From NCBI GenBank assembly GCA_034521025.1, contig JAXHMZ010000005.1:26352-90351 (forward strand): a DNA stretch of 64,000 nt, in the 5' to 3' direction. Below, piece by piece: positions 38,156 through 47,289 of the stretch; position 1 is the first letter of the stretch; each line of letters begins with the position of its first letter. A model generated the notes under the pieces. That model worked only from the letters and a program-made list of their open reading frames with translations. It made no database searches and was not told where the DNA came from. A program made the position numbers and the translations under genes. Source of the DNA: Candidatus Campbellbacteria bacterium. Lineage in GTDB: Bacteria; Patescibacteriota; Minisyncoccia; Phycocordibacterales; JAXHMZ01.

Positions 38156-38701
38156 CTATAATTTCGCGACTTGAAGGAAATCCAACTCAACCGGTGTTTC
38201 TCGTCCGAACATAGAAACCAACACCCTTATTTTGCCTGCTTCTTCGTCTACCTCGTCTACTTTGCCCTCTAATTCTTTGAAAGGACCGTCAACGATCCTT
38301 ACCGTATCGCCCTTAATAAGATCGATCGTGTGTTTGGCGGTATCGCGATTCATTCTAGCAAAAAGATCATCAACCTCTTTTTGCGAAAGCGGTACCGGCT
38401 GAACTCCGGAACCAACGAACCCGGTTACTCTAGGAGTGTTGCGAACCACATACCACGAATCATCAGTTACTATCATATCCACCAAAATATATCCGGGATA
38501 TATTCTTTCTTCTTCTTCTACTCTTTTTCCTCGTTTTATTTTTACTTTCTTTTCAGTTGGGACCACAACATCGAAGATCCTGTCGTCCATACCCAAAGAC
38601 TCTATCCGTTGTCTTAGGTTACGCTCAACTGCTTTTTCGTAACCGGCATATGTATGTATAGCATACCAATTACGTTCTCCTGTTGTTTGCTGCTTAGGCA
38701 T
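38156..38701 (-). CDS. nusG: Transcription antiterminator NusG
   Basis: NGN 'NWYAIHTYAGYEKAVERNL' and KOW 'FKEGDTVRIVDGPFKELEGKVDEVD'. Confidence 0.9.
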   Translation of the reverse strand: MPKQQTTGERNWYAIHTYAGYEKAVERNLRQRIESLGMDDRIFDVVVPTEKKVKIKRGKRVEEEERIYPGYILVDMIVTDDSWYVVRNTPRVTGFVGSGVQPVPLSQKEVDDLFARMNRDTAKHTIDLIKGDTVRIVDGPFKELEGKVDEVDEEAGKIRVLVSMFGRETPVELDFLQVAKL

Positions 38702-38705
38702 ATTT

Positions 38706-38885
38706 CTATATAGATTGGATAACTTCAGTTAGAACTACATCAAAAAGCCCAAGCATTCCCGCTACCAAGAGGGATAGAGCAATAACAACAATAGTAAAAG
38801 AAACTATTTCACGTTGTGTCGGCCAGCTAACGTGTTTTACCTCCCCTCGCACATTTCTTAGATAATTTAATCCTCTTTCGATCAT
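38706..38885 (-). CDS. secE: Preprotein translocase subunit SecE (59 aa; not in ORF track)
   Basis: Translated by hand: MIERGLNYLRNVRGEVKHVSWPTQREIVSFTIVVIALSLLVAGMLGLFDVVLTEVIQSI; 'V.WP...E' motif plus single TM; 4 nt upstream of nusG. Confidence 0.75.
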   Translation of the reverse strand: MIERGLNYLRNVRGEVKHVSWPTQREIVSFTIVVIALSLLVAGMLGLFDVVLTEVIQSI

Positions 38886-38908
38886 AATAAATACTTAGGC
38901 CATTCTAA

Positions 38909-38930
38909 CAAAAAACCCCCGCGGGGTTAT
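38909..38930 (-). terminator. Intrinsic terminator after the SIMPL-domain gene (aacccccgcggggtt + T-run on minus strand)
   Basis: Seen in sequence. Confidence 0.6.
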
Positions 38931-39007
38931 TGAGACCCTATATTACTTCATCTTTCTGATTTGGTCAATATTACATATTAGAATCGACATAAACTCAACC
39001 GATCCGA

Positions 39008-39799
39008 TTATCTGATCCTATAGGTAACTTCCACATTTACAGATATCCTGTTTTCTCCGGCCGGTATACTTGGGGCGGAACTGCCACCATCTTCCTCCAC
39101 TTCAAGTCTTGCCATATCTCCATGATATGGCCTCGGGTAACCGCCCTGGTTTTCGTTGTAGCTAATTACATCATCAAGACCGACACCCAAATTACGCGCG
39201 AGCGTCTTGGCTTTTTCTCTCGCGTTCTCTATAGCTTTTTCCCGCGCTTCCGCCATAAGTTCTGACTCATCGTCAATTGTGAAAGAAATTCCGGAAAGGT
39301 TATTAACCTCAAAGTCCCCTACAGAGCTAAGTATTTCTCCAGTTTTATCAGTATCACGTACCTTCACTTGAGCTGTCTGCGTTACCGTATAGGCAACTAT
39401 TTCTCGATCATTGTCAAATCTGAAGCCAGAAGACGATACATTCTCATATACAGGCGAAATGGAATATCCGGTTGTTTTTATATCCTCTTCCTTTACTCCG
39501 GCATCATCCAAGTAATCGAGAATTTGGTTCCATTTTTCGGTGGCCAAATTCTCTGCCTCTGCCACGGTTTCTCCTCGCTCCCTCACTGAATAATTAAAGG
39601 TTGCGATATCAGCGGTAGCAAATACCTCCCCTTCTCCGGACACTGTTATAGAACGCGTCTCCGAAACCGAGTCATCGCCTATGTAACTGAATTGTTTTAT
39701 TTCGTTGATCGTTTTTACACCAACAAACAGAGTTAATACTATCAATAGTATTCCTCCTAAATTCACTAATCGTCCTAATTTACTATTTAAAAATTCCAT
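39008..39799 (-). CDS. SIMPL/DUF541-domain secreted protein (YggE-like)
   Basis: N-terminal TM/signal; 'ITVSGEGEVFATADIATFNYSVRERGETVAEAENLATEKWNQILDYL' SIMPL pattern. Confidence 0.7.
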   Translation of the reverse strand: MEFLNSKLGRLVNLGGILLIVLTLFVGVKTINEIKQFSYIGDDSVSETRSITVSGEGEVFATADIATFNYSVRERGETVAEAENLATEKWNQILDYLDDAGVKEEDIKTTGYSISPVYENVSSSGFRFDNDREIVAYTVTQTAQVKVRDTDKTGEILSSVGDFEVNNLSGISFTIDDESELMAEAREKAIENAREKAKTLARNLGVGLDDVISYNENQGGYPRPYHGDMARLEVEEDGGSSAPSIPAGENRISVNVEVTYRIR

Positions 39800-39832
39800 A
39801 TTTATTTTGTTAATTACTTTTATTACTCTAGG

Positions 39833-41305
39833 TTAATCCGCGACTTCTACCTCCACCGCTCCCTCTATTTCTTTTTCAAGATCTCCCTCTTCACTACTCT
39901 CTTTGTCATTCTGTTCTTCTTTCTCCGATTTATTACCTTCCTCTTCTTCCGCCTCTTTACTTCCTTCGTCGTTATTTTTGGCTTCTTCTGTTTCTTCTTC
40001 GCCCTCACCGTCTTCCTCGTCTCCCTTCTCGCTTCTAAAGCCTTTTATTATGCCCTCAAGGGCATCAAAAGCATTAGCGGAGGTTTCTTTCTTTAAAGAC
40101 TCCAGAATACTCTGAGCCGGGATCGATTCAGAAATCCTAAGGGTTGTTCGAACGTCCTCAATACGACCTAGAGATGTTTTAAAGTACTCTCGAGCTTCTT
40201 CTTCAGAATCGTTTTCAGAAGCTTTTTTGCCATTTTCGTAATCTCGCTTCGCCTGCTCCAAGTGCTCTGACAACCGTTCTTTTAGCTCACTATTACCAAC
40301 CTCTTTTTTCTCGAGAAGCACTTCTGTTTTTTCCAGACGCGTACTTACGAATAACTCAAGAGTGTTTATTGTTAGATTGTCTTTTTCTTCTATGTTCTCT
40401 GTTTCGATCCGAAGTTCTTTTGCTTCGTCCTTGTTATTCTCCTGCAATTGGTCTTCCTCACTGTCCTCTTCGTTGACATCAACTGAAACGCTTACCTCTT
40501 CTTCAGCCATAATACCCACCTCTCCCCCTGCTTCAGCTGAAGATGATCCGCCTTCAGATCCATCGTCAGCTAATTCTTTCGGAGGCTCTTCACTTTCAAG
40601 CGAAAGAGCCCCTTCGGTTTCCGGAGGCTCAGAAACACTCAGAGATTCCGTAGTCTCTTTTTCATAATCCATATCTGTTAAAGAGGCAACAAGGCCGGCC
40701 ATTTCGCTGTTGCCCTCGGAAAGACGAGCCAAGAGATCTCTGTAAACTCGGAGGATAGATTCATATTCACTACCTATTTCGAGAGCCGTTATGGCGTCAT
40801 TTTGTTCTTCCAGCGCGGCGATTTTCTTTTCTATAGACCGAATACGAGTATCGATCTTTGTCTTTAGTTGCTCTGAAGTCTTTGGCGTAAGCGAGTCCGA
40901 AAAAGCCAATTCGCTAGCCTCTGATAAACGCCTTTCCACCCTGGCGGCATCCAAACGCGCCTTAGATTCAGTTGAGAAGGAAAGCTGGTTTCGCATCTCT
41001 TCTTGTGCGGTCTTCAGAACATAGAGAGGATCCCCCGGTAGAGCATTTTGCGCCATCACAAAACCACCGCTTACAAAGAAAAGCACTACGACCAAAGCCG
41101 GAACCAAACGCAAAGACACTAGAGCAAACCACGAACGAGAACTGGTGTGCGCCGCTCTCTCACCGCGCACTGGAGTGTGTTCCATATAAGAATAAAGAAA
41201 ATTCCGCATACGTTCGCGCTCACCCTCAGACAACGAAACATTCTTCGCGGCTTGAAGCTTGTTTTCTAATTCCTTTTCTGTTTTGTTTTCCTTACTCATT
41301 TTCAA
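39833..41305 (-). CDS. Putative membrane anti-sigma factor with coiled-coil and long acidic extracytoplasmic region
   Basis: Overlaps the upstream ECF sigma gene by 14 nt; cytoplasmic N-terminus, single TM 'WFALVSLRLVPALVVVLFFVSGGFVMA'. Confidence 0.5.
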   Translation of the reverse strand: MKMSKENKTEKELENKLQAAKNVSLSEGERERMRNFLYSYMEHTPVRGERAAHTSSRSWFALVSLRLVPALVVVLFFVSGGFVMAQNALPGDPLYVLKTAQEEMRNQLSFSTESKARLDAARVERRLSEASELAFSDSLTPKTSEQLKTKIDTRIRSIEKKIAALEEQNDAITALEIGSEYESILRVYRDLLARLSEGNSEMAGLVASLTDMDYEKETTESLSVSEPPETEGALSLESEEPPKELADDGSEGGSSSAEAGGEVGIMAEEEVSVSVDVNEEDSEEDQLQENNKDEAKELRIETENIEEKDNLTINTLELFVSTRLEKTEVLLEKKEVGNSELKERLSEHLEQAKRDYENGKKASENDSEEEAREYFKTSLGRIEDVRTTLRISESIPAQSILESLKKETSANAFDALEGIIKGFRSEKGDEEDGEGEEETEEAKNNDEGSKEAEEEEGNKSEKEEQNDKESSEEGDLEKEIEGAVEVEVAD

Positions 41306-41810
41306 CTTTTAGCATTACGCGCAATTTCTTTACCGCCCTGTTCAAGCGGACAGAAACAACGTTTTCGGAGACCGAGAGCATCTCAGCGATCTCTCTCGGA
41401 GGATACCCCTCAACAAAGCGCAAGAGCGCTACTTCGCAGTAGAGATCATCCAGCTTATGAATAGCTTCAACTACTTCGCGAGTACTTACATCCATCTCAA
41501 TATCCTTTTCCCCGCCGGAGGATACATCGAAGCCTCCCTCCTGTAGAGTATCCAAAGACATAGAGTCTTTTTTGCGGTATTCGTCTATGATCAGATTTCT
41601 CGCTATCTTGTACAAAAAAGCGCGCTCGTTATCGATGGTTTTTTCTCCATCGCGAATATAATTCCACAAGCGCACAAAAGTTTCCTGTGCAAGGTCATAA
41701 GCTTTATCTCTATCAGATATTTTAAAGAAACAGAAACGGAAGATAGCGTCTGAATAGGCTTCGTGTGTTTCTATAAATTTTTTCTCTATATCTCCCCCGT
41801 CATGCTTCAT
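41292..41810 (-). CDS. ECF-type RNA polymerase sigma factor
   Basis: Region 2 'AYDLAQETFVRLWNYI' and region 4 'LLRFVEGYPPREIAEMLSVSENVVSVRLNRAVKKLR'. Confidence 0.85.
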   Translation of the reverse strand: MKHDGGDIEKKFIETHEAYSDAIFRFCFFKISDRDKAYDLAQETFVRLWNYIRDGEKTIDNERAFLYKIARNLIIDEYRKKDSMSLDTLQEGGFDVSSGGEKDIEMDVSTREVVEAIHKLDDLYCEVALLRFVEGYPPREIAEMLSVSENVVSVRLNRAVKKLRVMLKVENE

Positions 41811-41852
41811 ATTTTGAGACGGCTCGATTAATAAATTCTTACCGTGTTAATT

Positions 41853-42977
41853 CTATCTACCAATGAAATTATGTGTAATTATTAGATACTCATTGACCCT
41901 GACGACTCCAATTCCACTGTGAGTATAGTCGGGATAAAGTATGTTTTCTCTATGTCCGGGAGAATCCATCCATCCTTCTATCGTCAGGTCAACTATCTCA
42001 TCTTCTGTATATCTTTTTGCTCGAATAAAGTCCACTGAACCAACAGACTGTGATTTATCCAGGAGTCCGTCGATATAATCTAAATATTCTTCTTCGTCAC
42101 TGACGTCTTCGATAGAAAACTCTTCTCTTTCTGGGCATTTTGGCATTTCTTCATCAACCCCGTAAGAATAGGTTCTGGACTTGATAGCGGGGATCATCGC
42201 AATGTTCTCTCCCACGGATCTGAACGAAATATCAGAATTCATAACTCGGTCTCTTATTGAAAATCCGTTCTCAAAACCTTCGTGCCGGATAATAGGATAC
42301 TGGCAAAGATATTCGGACTCTGTGATCTCTTCGTTATCCCTTGATTGCTCTTGGCTGTGTTCGCGAGCTACACGTGCTAATTCTTCATCCCAAACCAGGG
42401 CATTAAGTCCATTTCTGACTCTGGTTTTGTTAACCTCTATATGAATTTGCCTAGCTAAAGAAGAAGTGTTTATGTTGGCGTCCCCTTCTACAGGATCTTC
42501 GTCATTATTGTCCTCGTCGTCACTGGTTCCTTCGGGCTCCAAGGTGAACCCGGAAGTTGATACTACAAAAGATGAGCGCTTTTGAAATAGGTCGTTGAGT
42601 GCTTCGCGAGATTCTTCACCAAAGCCCGGCTCAGATATATTGTATTCTATCTTTAATCTGGTTACGGCTGCACTTGTCAATTCGCCGTAATATCCGGTAA
42701 CCATTTTTTCCGGATAAAATTGAGTGTTGTACGCAAGGAAGTTCTGTAACTTTTCCACATCTCTACCTCGTGAGCCAATATTAAGATCCCGTTCAAACCG
42801 AAAATCCTTGTTCTCTTCGAACAACTTCTCCTGCAGTTCTGCCTTAAGCTCGCGCAGAGTTTCTCTCAAAACCTCTATTCTGGCTTCGAGCTCCTCGCGC
42901 GTCTGGGCTTCCGCGCTTAAAAACGGAGTAAAGAAGAAAGCGGAAGACAAAAATAGTATGACGACAAAGAATCTCAT
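41853..42977 (-). CDS. Secreted protein: signal/TM, coiled coil, PG_binding_1-like domain, acidic linker, CAP (SCP/PR-1/YkwD-like) domain
   Basis: 'GSRGRDVEKLQNFLAYN..YYGELTSAAVTRLK' PG-binding; C-terminal 'GWMDSPGHRENILYPDYTHSGIGV' CAP motif. Confidence 0.7.
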   Translation of the reverse strand: MRFFVVILFLSSAFFFTPFLSAEAQTREELEARIEVLRETLRELKAELQEKLFEENKDFRFERDLNIGSRGRDVEKLQNFLAYNTQFYPEKMVTGYYGELTSAAVTRLKIEYNISEPGFGEESREALNDLFQKRSSFVVSTSGFTLEPEGTSDDEDNNDEDPVEGDANINTSSLARQIHIEVNKTRVRNGLNALVWDEELARVAREHSQEQSRDNEEITESEYLCQYPIIRHEGFENGFSIRDRVMNSDISFRSVGENIAMIPAIKSRTYSYGVDEEMPKCPEREEFSIEDVSDEEEYLDYIDGLLDKSQSVGSVDFIRAKRYTEDEIVDLTIEGWMDSPGHRENILYPDYTHSGIGVVRVNEYLIITHNFIGR

Positions 42978-43068
42978 AACGTGTCTATTGTAGCGTATTT
43001 ATTGAAAGCGCAAAAGAAAAGCAAGGTCGAAGGAGTCGACCTTGCTTTTCTCGACTAACTTTAAAGAC

Positions 43069-43407
43069 TTACTCTTCTGCTCCGGTTGGCGGCAATTCTG
43101 CCTCTCCTTCTAATTCAGTGTTCACACCGTTTTCCGTATCACTACCTTGACCAGGTCGCTCTGGTGTAGCGTTACGATTCATGAACACGTACGCGGCGTA
43201 GGCCAAGAGTGCGAGCAGAACGACTACCGCAATAACAGCTACTACGTTAGTAGATCCGCCTCCTTCTCCTTCAACGTTAGATTGAGGTTCTTGGCTTGGT
43301 CCGGTCTGGAATTGATCCTGTCCCGGAGTTTGATCTCCGGAGTCATGTCCTCCTTCGTGATCATGTCCTTGTCCGTTTTCGTCGTAATTATTTTCTCTTT
43401 CGTTCAT
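43069..43407 (-). CDS. Small single-TM protein with His/Gln/Gly-rich N-terminus (hypothetical)
   Basis: 112 aa; TM 'VVAVIAVVVLLALLAYAAYVF'. Confidence 0.4.
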   Translation of the reverse strand: MNERENNYDENGQGHDHEGGHDSGDQTPGQDQFQTGPSQEPQSNVEGEGGGSTNVVAVIAVVVLLALLAYAAYVFMNRNATPERPGQGSDTENGVNTELEGEAELPPTGAEE

Positions 43408-43472
43408 AAGAAATGATTTTTATTAAACCTATAAAACTCCCTCAAATATTGTAACATCTAAAGGAGAAAAAA

Positions 43473-44648
43473 TTATTTTTCGTAGAGATCTCGTGAAGAA
43501 AAAAGATTGATGGTCCAAGTGGAAAATACTTCAACCTTATTTCTGAAGCCCGGCACTTTGGTCAGATACGCGCCTTTCCAGACCATCCAACCGAAGAATC
43601 CTTTAACATCAAAGCCGAACAATTTCCCCGCACCTCTACCCTTTCCTAAGGAAAGCAAGATGCCTTTGAGCTTAACCTCGTATCGGGTCATTTCTTTTCC
43701 TTGATTATGAAGTTTTATGTTTTTAGCCACGCCCTTTCCCTGGCGAATGGCTGTTTGAGCAAGCTTGGGAATAACTTCACCTTCTCGGGTCATAACATCG
43801 CCGATAGCAAACTCTCTTTCGCGTCCCGCTACACGAAGATTATCGTCCACTATTACGTTACCTTTTTCATCTTTAAATGACTCACCCACGATTTCGGTAT
43901 TGGGGGAAACGCCCGCAGTCCAAATATTCAGATCACCATCAATTTTCTCACCCTCTTTAGTTATTACACCCTCGGGTGTAATTTCTGTAACAAACGTCTC
44001 AAGCCGTATATCTATACCAACGCGTTTCATTGTCGCTAAAGTATAATCCTGAACCGACATCGGAAAATTGGGACAAAGATTTTTATCAGCGTGAATAAGA
44101 CGAACCGAATATTCAAGCGAGGATGAATATTTTTTGATGGTTTCCAAAAATTCCTTTATTTCAAAGACCAACTCAGATCCGGTTGGCCCTCCCCCGATAA
44201 CATTCACCGAAACGTTGCGTTCAATACCTTGAGCTTTCTTTATAATACGCCGTTTTATTTCGTTAGCATCTTCTATGGTCTTTAACTCGAGAGCGTTCTC
44301 TTCCCCTTTAGTACCAAAAAAGTTTGTTTTCGCCCCCGTCGAAACAATAAGATAATCGTAAAAGATCTCTTCTCCGTCAGAGGTAACAACTTTGTGAGAT
44401 TCGAAATCCGTCTCTCTTACGTTCTCGCGATAGAACGTGAAGTCGGTGTTATGAAAAAAGTCCGAATATTCAAATGTAATGTCGCTTGCGTTCAGAGCGC
44501 CAGTAGCCACCTCGTGCAGGAGTGGAGTAAAAATAAAGAAATTAGTACGCGAGATCAGCGTAACGTCATACCCTGAGCGCAAAAGCGATCTTGCCGCGTA
44601 AACTCCCCCAAATCCGCCTCCTACTATAACTACTTTTGTCTTTGACAT
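43473..44648 (-). CDS. ndh: Type II NADH dehydrogenase / FAD-dependent pyridine nucleotide-disulfide oxidoreductase
   Basis: 'KVVIVGGGFGGVYAA' and second 'VNVIGGGPTGSE' dinucleotide-binding motifs. Confidence 0.8.
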   Translation of the reverse strand: MSKTKVVIVGGGFGGVYAARSLLRSGYDVTLISRTNFFIFTPLLHEVATGALNASDITFEYSDFFHNTDFTFYRENVRETDFESHKVVTSDGEEIFYDYLIVSTGAKTNFFGTKGEENALELKTIEDANEIKRRIIKKAQGIERNVSVNVIGGGPTGSELVFEIKEFLETIKKYSSSLEYSVRLIHADKNLCPNFPMSVQDYTLATMKRVGIDIRLETFVTEITPEGVITKEGEKIDGDLNIWTAGVSPNTEIVGESFKDEKGNVIVDDNLRVAGREREFAIGDVMTREGEVIPKLAQTAIRQGKGVAKNIKLHNQGKEMTRYEVKLKGILLSLGKGRGAGKLFGFDVKGFFGWMVWKGAYLTKVPGFRNKVEVFSTWTINLFSSRDLYEK

Positions 44649-44767
44649 CGCTCTTACTTTATCACGAACTGATAAGTATGTGGAATTAAGTATATTCTCG
44701 CCTATTATCTTTATCTATATCCTTTTTGTAGCGTTCCGTCCTCCCCCGAGGTTAAACCTAGGAGAAA

Positions 44768-45832
44768 TTAGGACTTCGCACCAGCCTCTTTATCGATGTC
44801 GCGTTTGTAGCGTGTTTCGTATATTTCAAGCATTGCCAGAAGAAAAGCCATTACTACCGGCCCGAAAACAACGCCTGAGACACCAAACAAAGCCAACCCT
44901 CCTAAGGTAGCGAAAAGAAATACAGCCGGATGCATAGCTATATCGCTCCCCGCCAAAACCGGTCGCAAAATATTGTCAGAGACGTTTATAACAACGGCTG
45001 CCACCAAGAGGAGTACGCCCTGCCAAAGCGGAGCGGTAAAAAATAAATAAACTGCCGCCGGAACCACGATCAAGGTCGCGCCTAAGGCGGGAATAAGAGC
45101 CAAGAAACCGGCAACGATAGTGAGAAAGACAACTGCCGGCAATCCAACCGCCAAAAAACTACTTCCGGCTATTATGGCTTGTATGATCGCGATAAATACA
45201 GTTCCCTTTAAAGTCGCGCGCGAAGTGGAAGTGAACTTTTCAAACAACCTCCTTTCGTTGTCATCTCCAAAAGGAAGCAGTCTCTCTACTTTAAGTAATA
45301 ATTTCTTTCCATCACGCAAAAGGTAAAATAGCGTGTAAAGCATTACAAATAACTTGGCGATAAAAGAAAGCGTAGTAGCCGAGCCCTGCCGAACAAACGC
45401 AAGTAATGAAGAAGCTACGGTGCTAAAGATATCTCTTATCCTCTCTTCTACCTCAAGCCCTTCCATATATCCCTTGAACGCGCCGCTCTCACGTTGTGCT
45501 TCTACGAAAGAGGTTATGGTGTTTACTGTTTCCGGATCGCTGAGATACTCATACACTCCCACCATTTCCCGCACAAGCATAACGGCTACCACGGAAACAG
45601 GTACCAGAACTATGAGTACAATAAAAGTAGTTGTAATGAGGGAGCTCGCGTTCTCATTTTTTATGATGGACTGTATTTTTTGGTTAAGGGGATAGAAAAC
45701 ACTCGCCAAAATCGCCGCCCAGAGCAAAGGAGTCAAAAAAGGCGCGATCATATAAACGGTCAAAGCAAAGACACCGAGTAAAGTTATAAAAAAGGTTCTT
45801 GTTTGTATTTTTTGAAAACTTTTTGAAAACAT
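44768..45832 (-). CDS. AI-2E family transporter (second copy)
   Basis: Polytopic membrane protein with AI-2E topology. Confidence 0.7.
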   Translation of the reverse strand: MFSKSFQKIQTRTFFITLLGVFALTVYMIAPFLTPLLWAAILASVFYPLNQKIQSIIKNENASSLITTTFIVLIVLVPVSVVAVMLVREMVGVYEYLSDPETVNTITSFVEAQRESGAFKGYMEGLEVEERIRDIFSTVASSLLAFVRQGSATTLSFIAKLFVMLYTLFYLLRDGKKLLLKVERLLPFGDDNERRLFEKFTSTSRATLKGTVFIAIIQAIIAGSSFLAVGLPAVVFLTIVAGFLALIPALGATLIVVPAAVYLFFTAPLWQGVLLLVAAVVINVSDNILRPVLAGSDIAMHPAVFLFATLGGLALFGVSGVVFGPVVMAFLLAMLEIYETRYKRDIDKEAGAKS

Positions 45833-45843
45833 AAAGGTTCGTA

Positions 45844-47289
45844 TTATTTACCCCGAAACGCCGGATGTTCATTTTGCGGGTAACTCTCAAGCGGTCTCAA
45901 GTTCTCTCTCCAGCCCTTGATAACTGCCTCGGCAAATTCCCAAAGAAGAAGAGTTTCGCGCGGAGCGAGAAATAGCGAGCGGTTTCCTTCTGCGGCCGCT
46001 TGAAAAAGAGTTTTGTATTCCTCGGTATATTGTTTCCTTTCCGTTCGCTCACGAAGCTGTATAGTAATACTTTTTACATCTTCTTCGTCTTCCCCGGGAC
46101 GTTTGAAGATCTCAATTTCTTCCGTTGGTTCCAGGCGGAAAATTATTCGTTCATTCTTGTCCTCCCGGCCGGCCTCGGGATCTTTAGTAAAGATCACTTC
46201 TATTTCTTTGAGGTTTTCTTTGCCTATGCGCTTACCTCCCTCAAGGTTAATTTGAGCACCCTTTAGGGCACCTTTGCGGATATCAGTTTCAACGCAGAAA
46301 TAAGTTTCCGTATCTGAATTGTCGGACACTTCTTTTATCTGTCGGTATCCTTCATACTGACCGCGACGAGTTCTGGTTTTAATTTCTTCCGGCGTTAAGA
46401 TACCTATGCTTGATAGTGCCTGCTCTCGAGCTTCACCGATCTCTTTATCTTTATCCAAATCCTCGGCAAGCACTAACGCCGCAGTTAGCATTTGCAAAAC
46501 GTGATTTTGCCCAACGTCTATAAAAGCGCCCACGGCATCATAGAAGGATCCTCTACTCTCGACCCCCGCAGCTTCAAAGAGTCGTATATTTATTCTTGCA
46601 ACCTCGCCGGACCCGAACATATTGTCTATCTTTTCGTCTTTCTGACGAAGCGACGACATGTCGCGCAGTAGGGGTTTGGCTAAATAGTGATCAATGTTGT
46701 AAATTTCCTCTGTTGAAAAGACCTTACCCAGACTGTCAAATATCGATCGGGCTGAGGCCAGATCTTTTCCAAACGGCTTTTCTACAACCACTCTCTTCCA
46801 AGCGTTAGCGGCATGATCTAAAGGAACTACACCCGCCTCCTTCATATTATCAATTATAACTCCTAAGTGGTCGGGGTATACAGGCATATAGAAAAGCAAA
46901 TTGCTTTTCCCTTTTTCCCCAAGAGACTCTTTTAGATGCTTGAAGTCTTCATTATTATCATAGTCCCCGCGTACATATCTAAATCGATCAGCAAAACGCT
47001 CGTAGACCTTCTCATCCACTGAATCGAACACACGTTCTAGAGAAGGCCGCACGAAATCTCTTAGAAATTCCTCGGTTTTTAGATCGCGCCGAGTGAATAA
47101 AATTATATCTTCCGCGATCATCTCCTCGTCCATTTCAAGCTCAAATAGACTCGGCAAAACCTTACGAAATACCAAGTCACCGGTCGCTCCAAACAATACT
47201 AGGGTTGTTTTATTGTCCTTGTGTTTCTTGTCCATTTTCCAATATAGATCGAGTGGCCTTCTTATAGGATTCCACCTCCGGCTGATCAA
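45844..47289 (-). CDS. zwf: Glucose-6-phosphate 1-dehydrogenase (true start probably the internal Met at ~47235)
   Basis: 'LVLFGATGDLVFRKVLPSL', 'RVVVEKPFGKDLASARS', 'IDHYLAKPLL' signatures. Confidence 0.9.
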   Translation of the reverse strand: MISRRWNPIRRPLDLYWKMDKKHKDNKTTLVLFGATGDLVFRKVLPSLFELEMDEEMIAEDIILFTRRDLKTEEFLRDFVRPSLERVFDSVDEKVYERFADRFRYVRGDYDNNEDFKHLKESLGEKGKSNLLFYMPVYPDHLGVIIDNMKEAGVVPLDHAANAWKRVVVEKPFGKDLASARSIFDSLGKVFSTEEIYNIDHYLAKPLLRDMSSLRQKDEKIDNMFGSGEVARINIRLFEAAGVESRGSFYDAVGAFIDVGQNHVLQMLTAALVLAEDLDKDKEIGEAREQALSSIGILTPEEIKTRTRRGQYEGYRQIKEVSDNSDTETYFCVETDIRKGALKGAQINLEGGKRIGKENLKEIEVIFTKDPEAGREDKNERIIFRLEPTEEIEIFKRPGEDEEDVKSITIQLRERTERKQYTEEYKTLFQAAAEGNRSLFLAPRETLLLWEFAEAVIKGWRENLRPLESYPQNEHPAFRGK

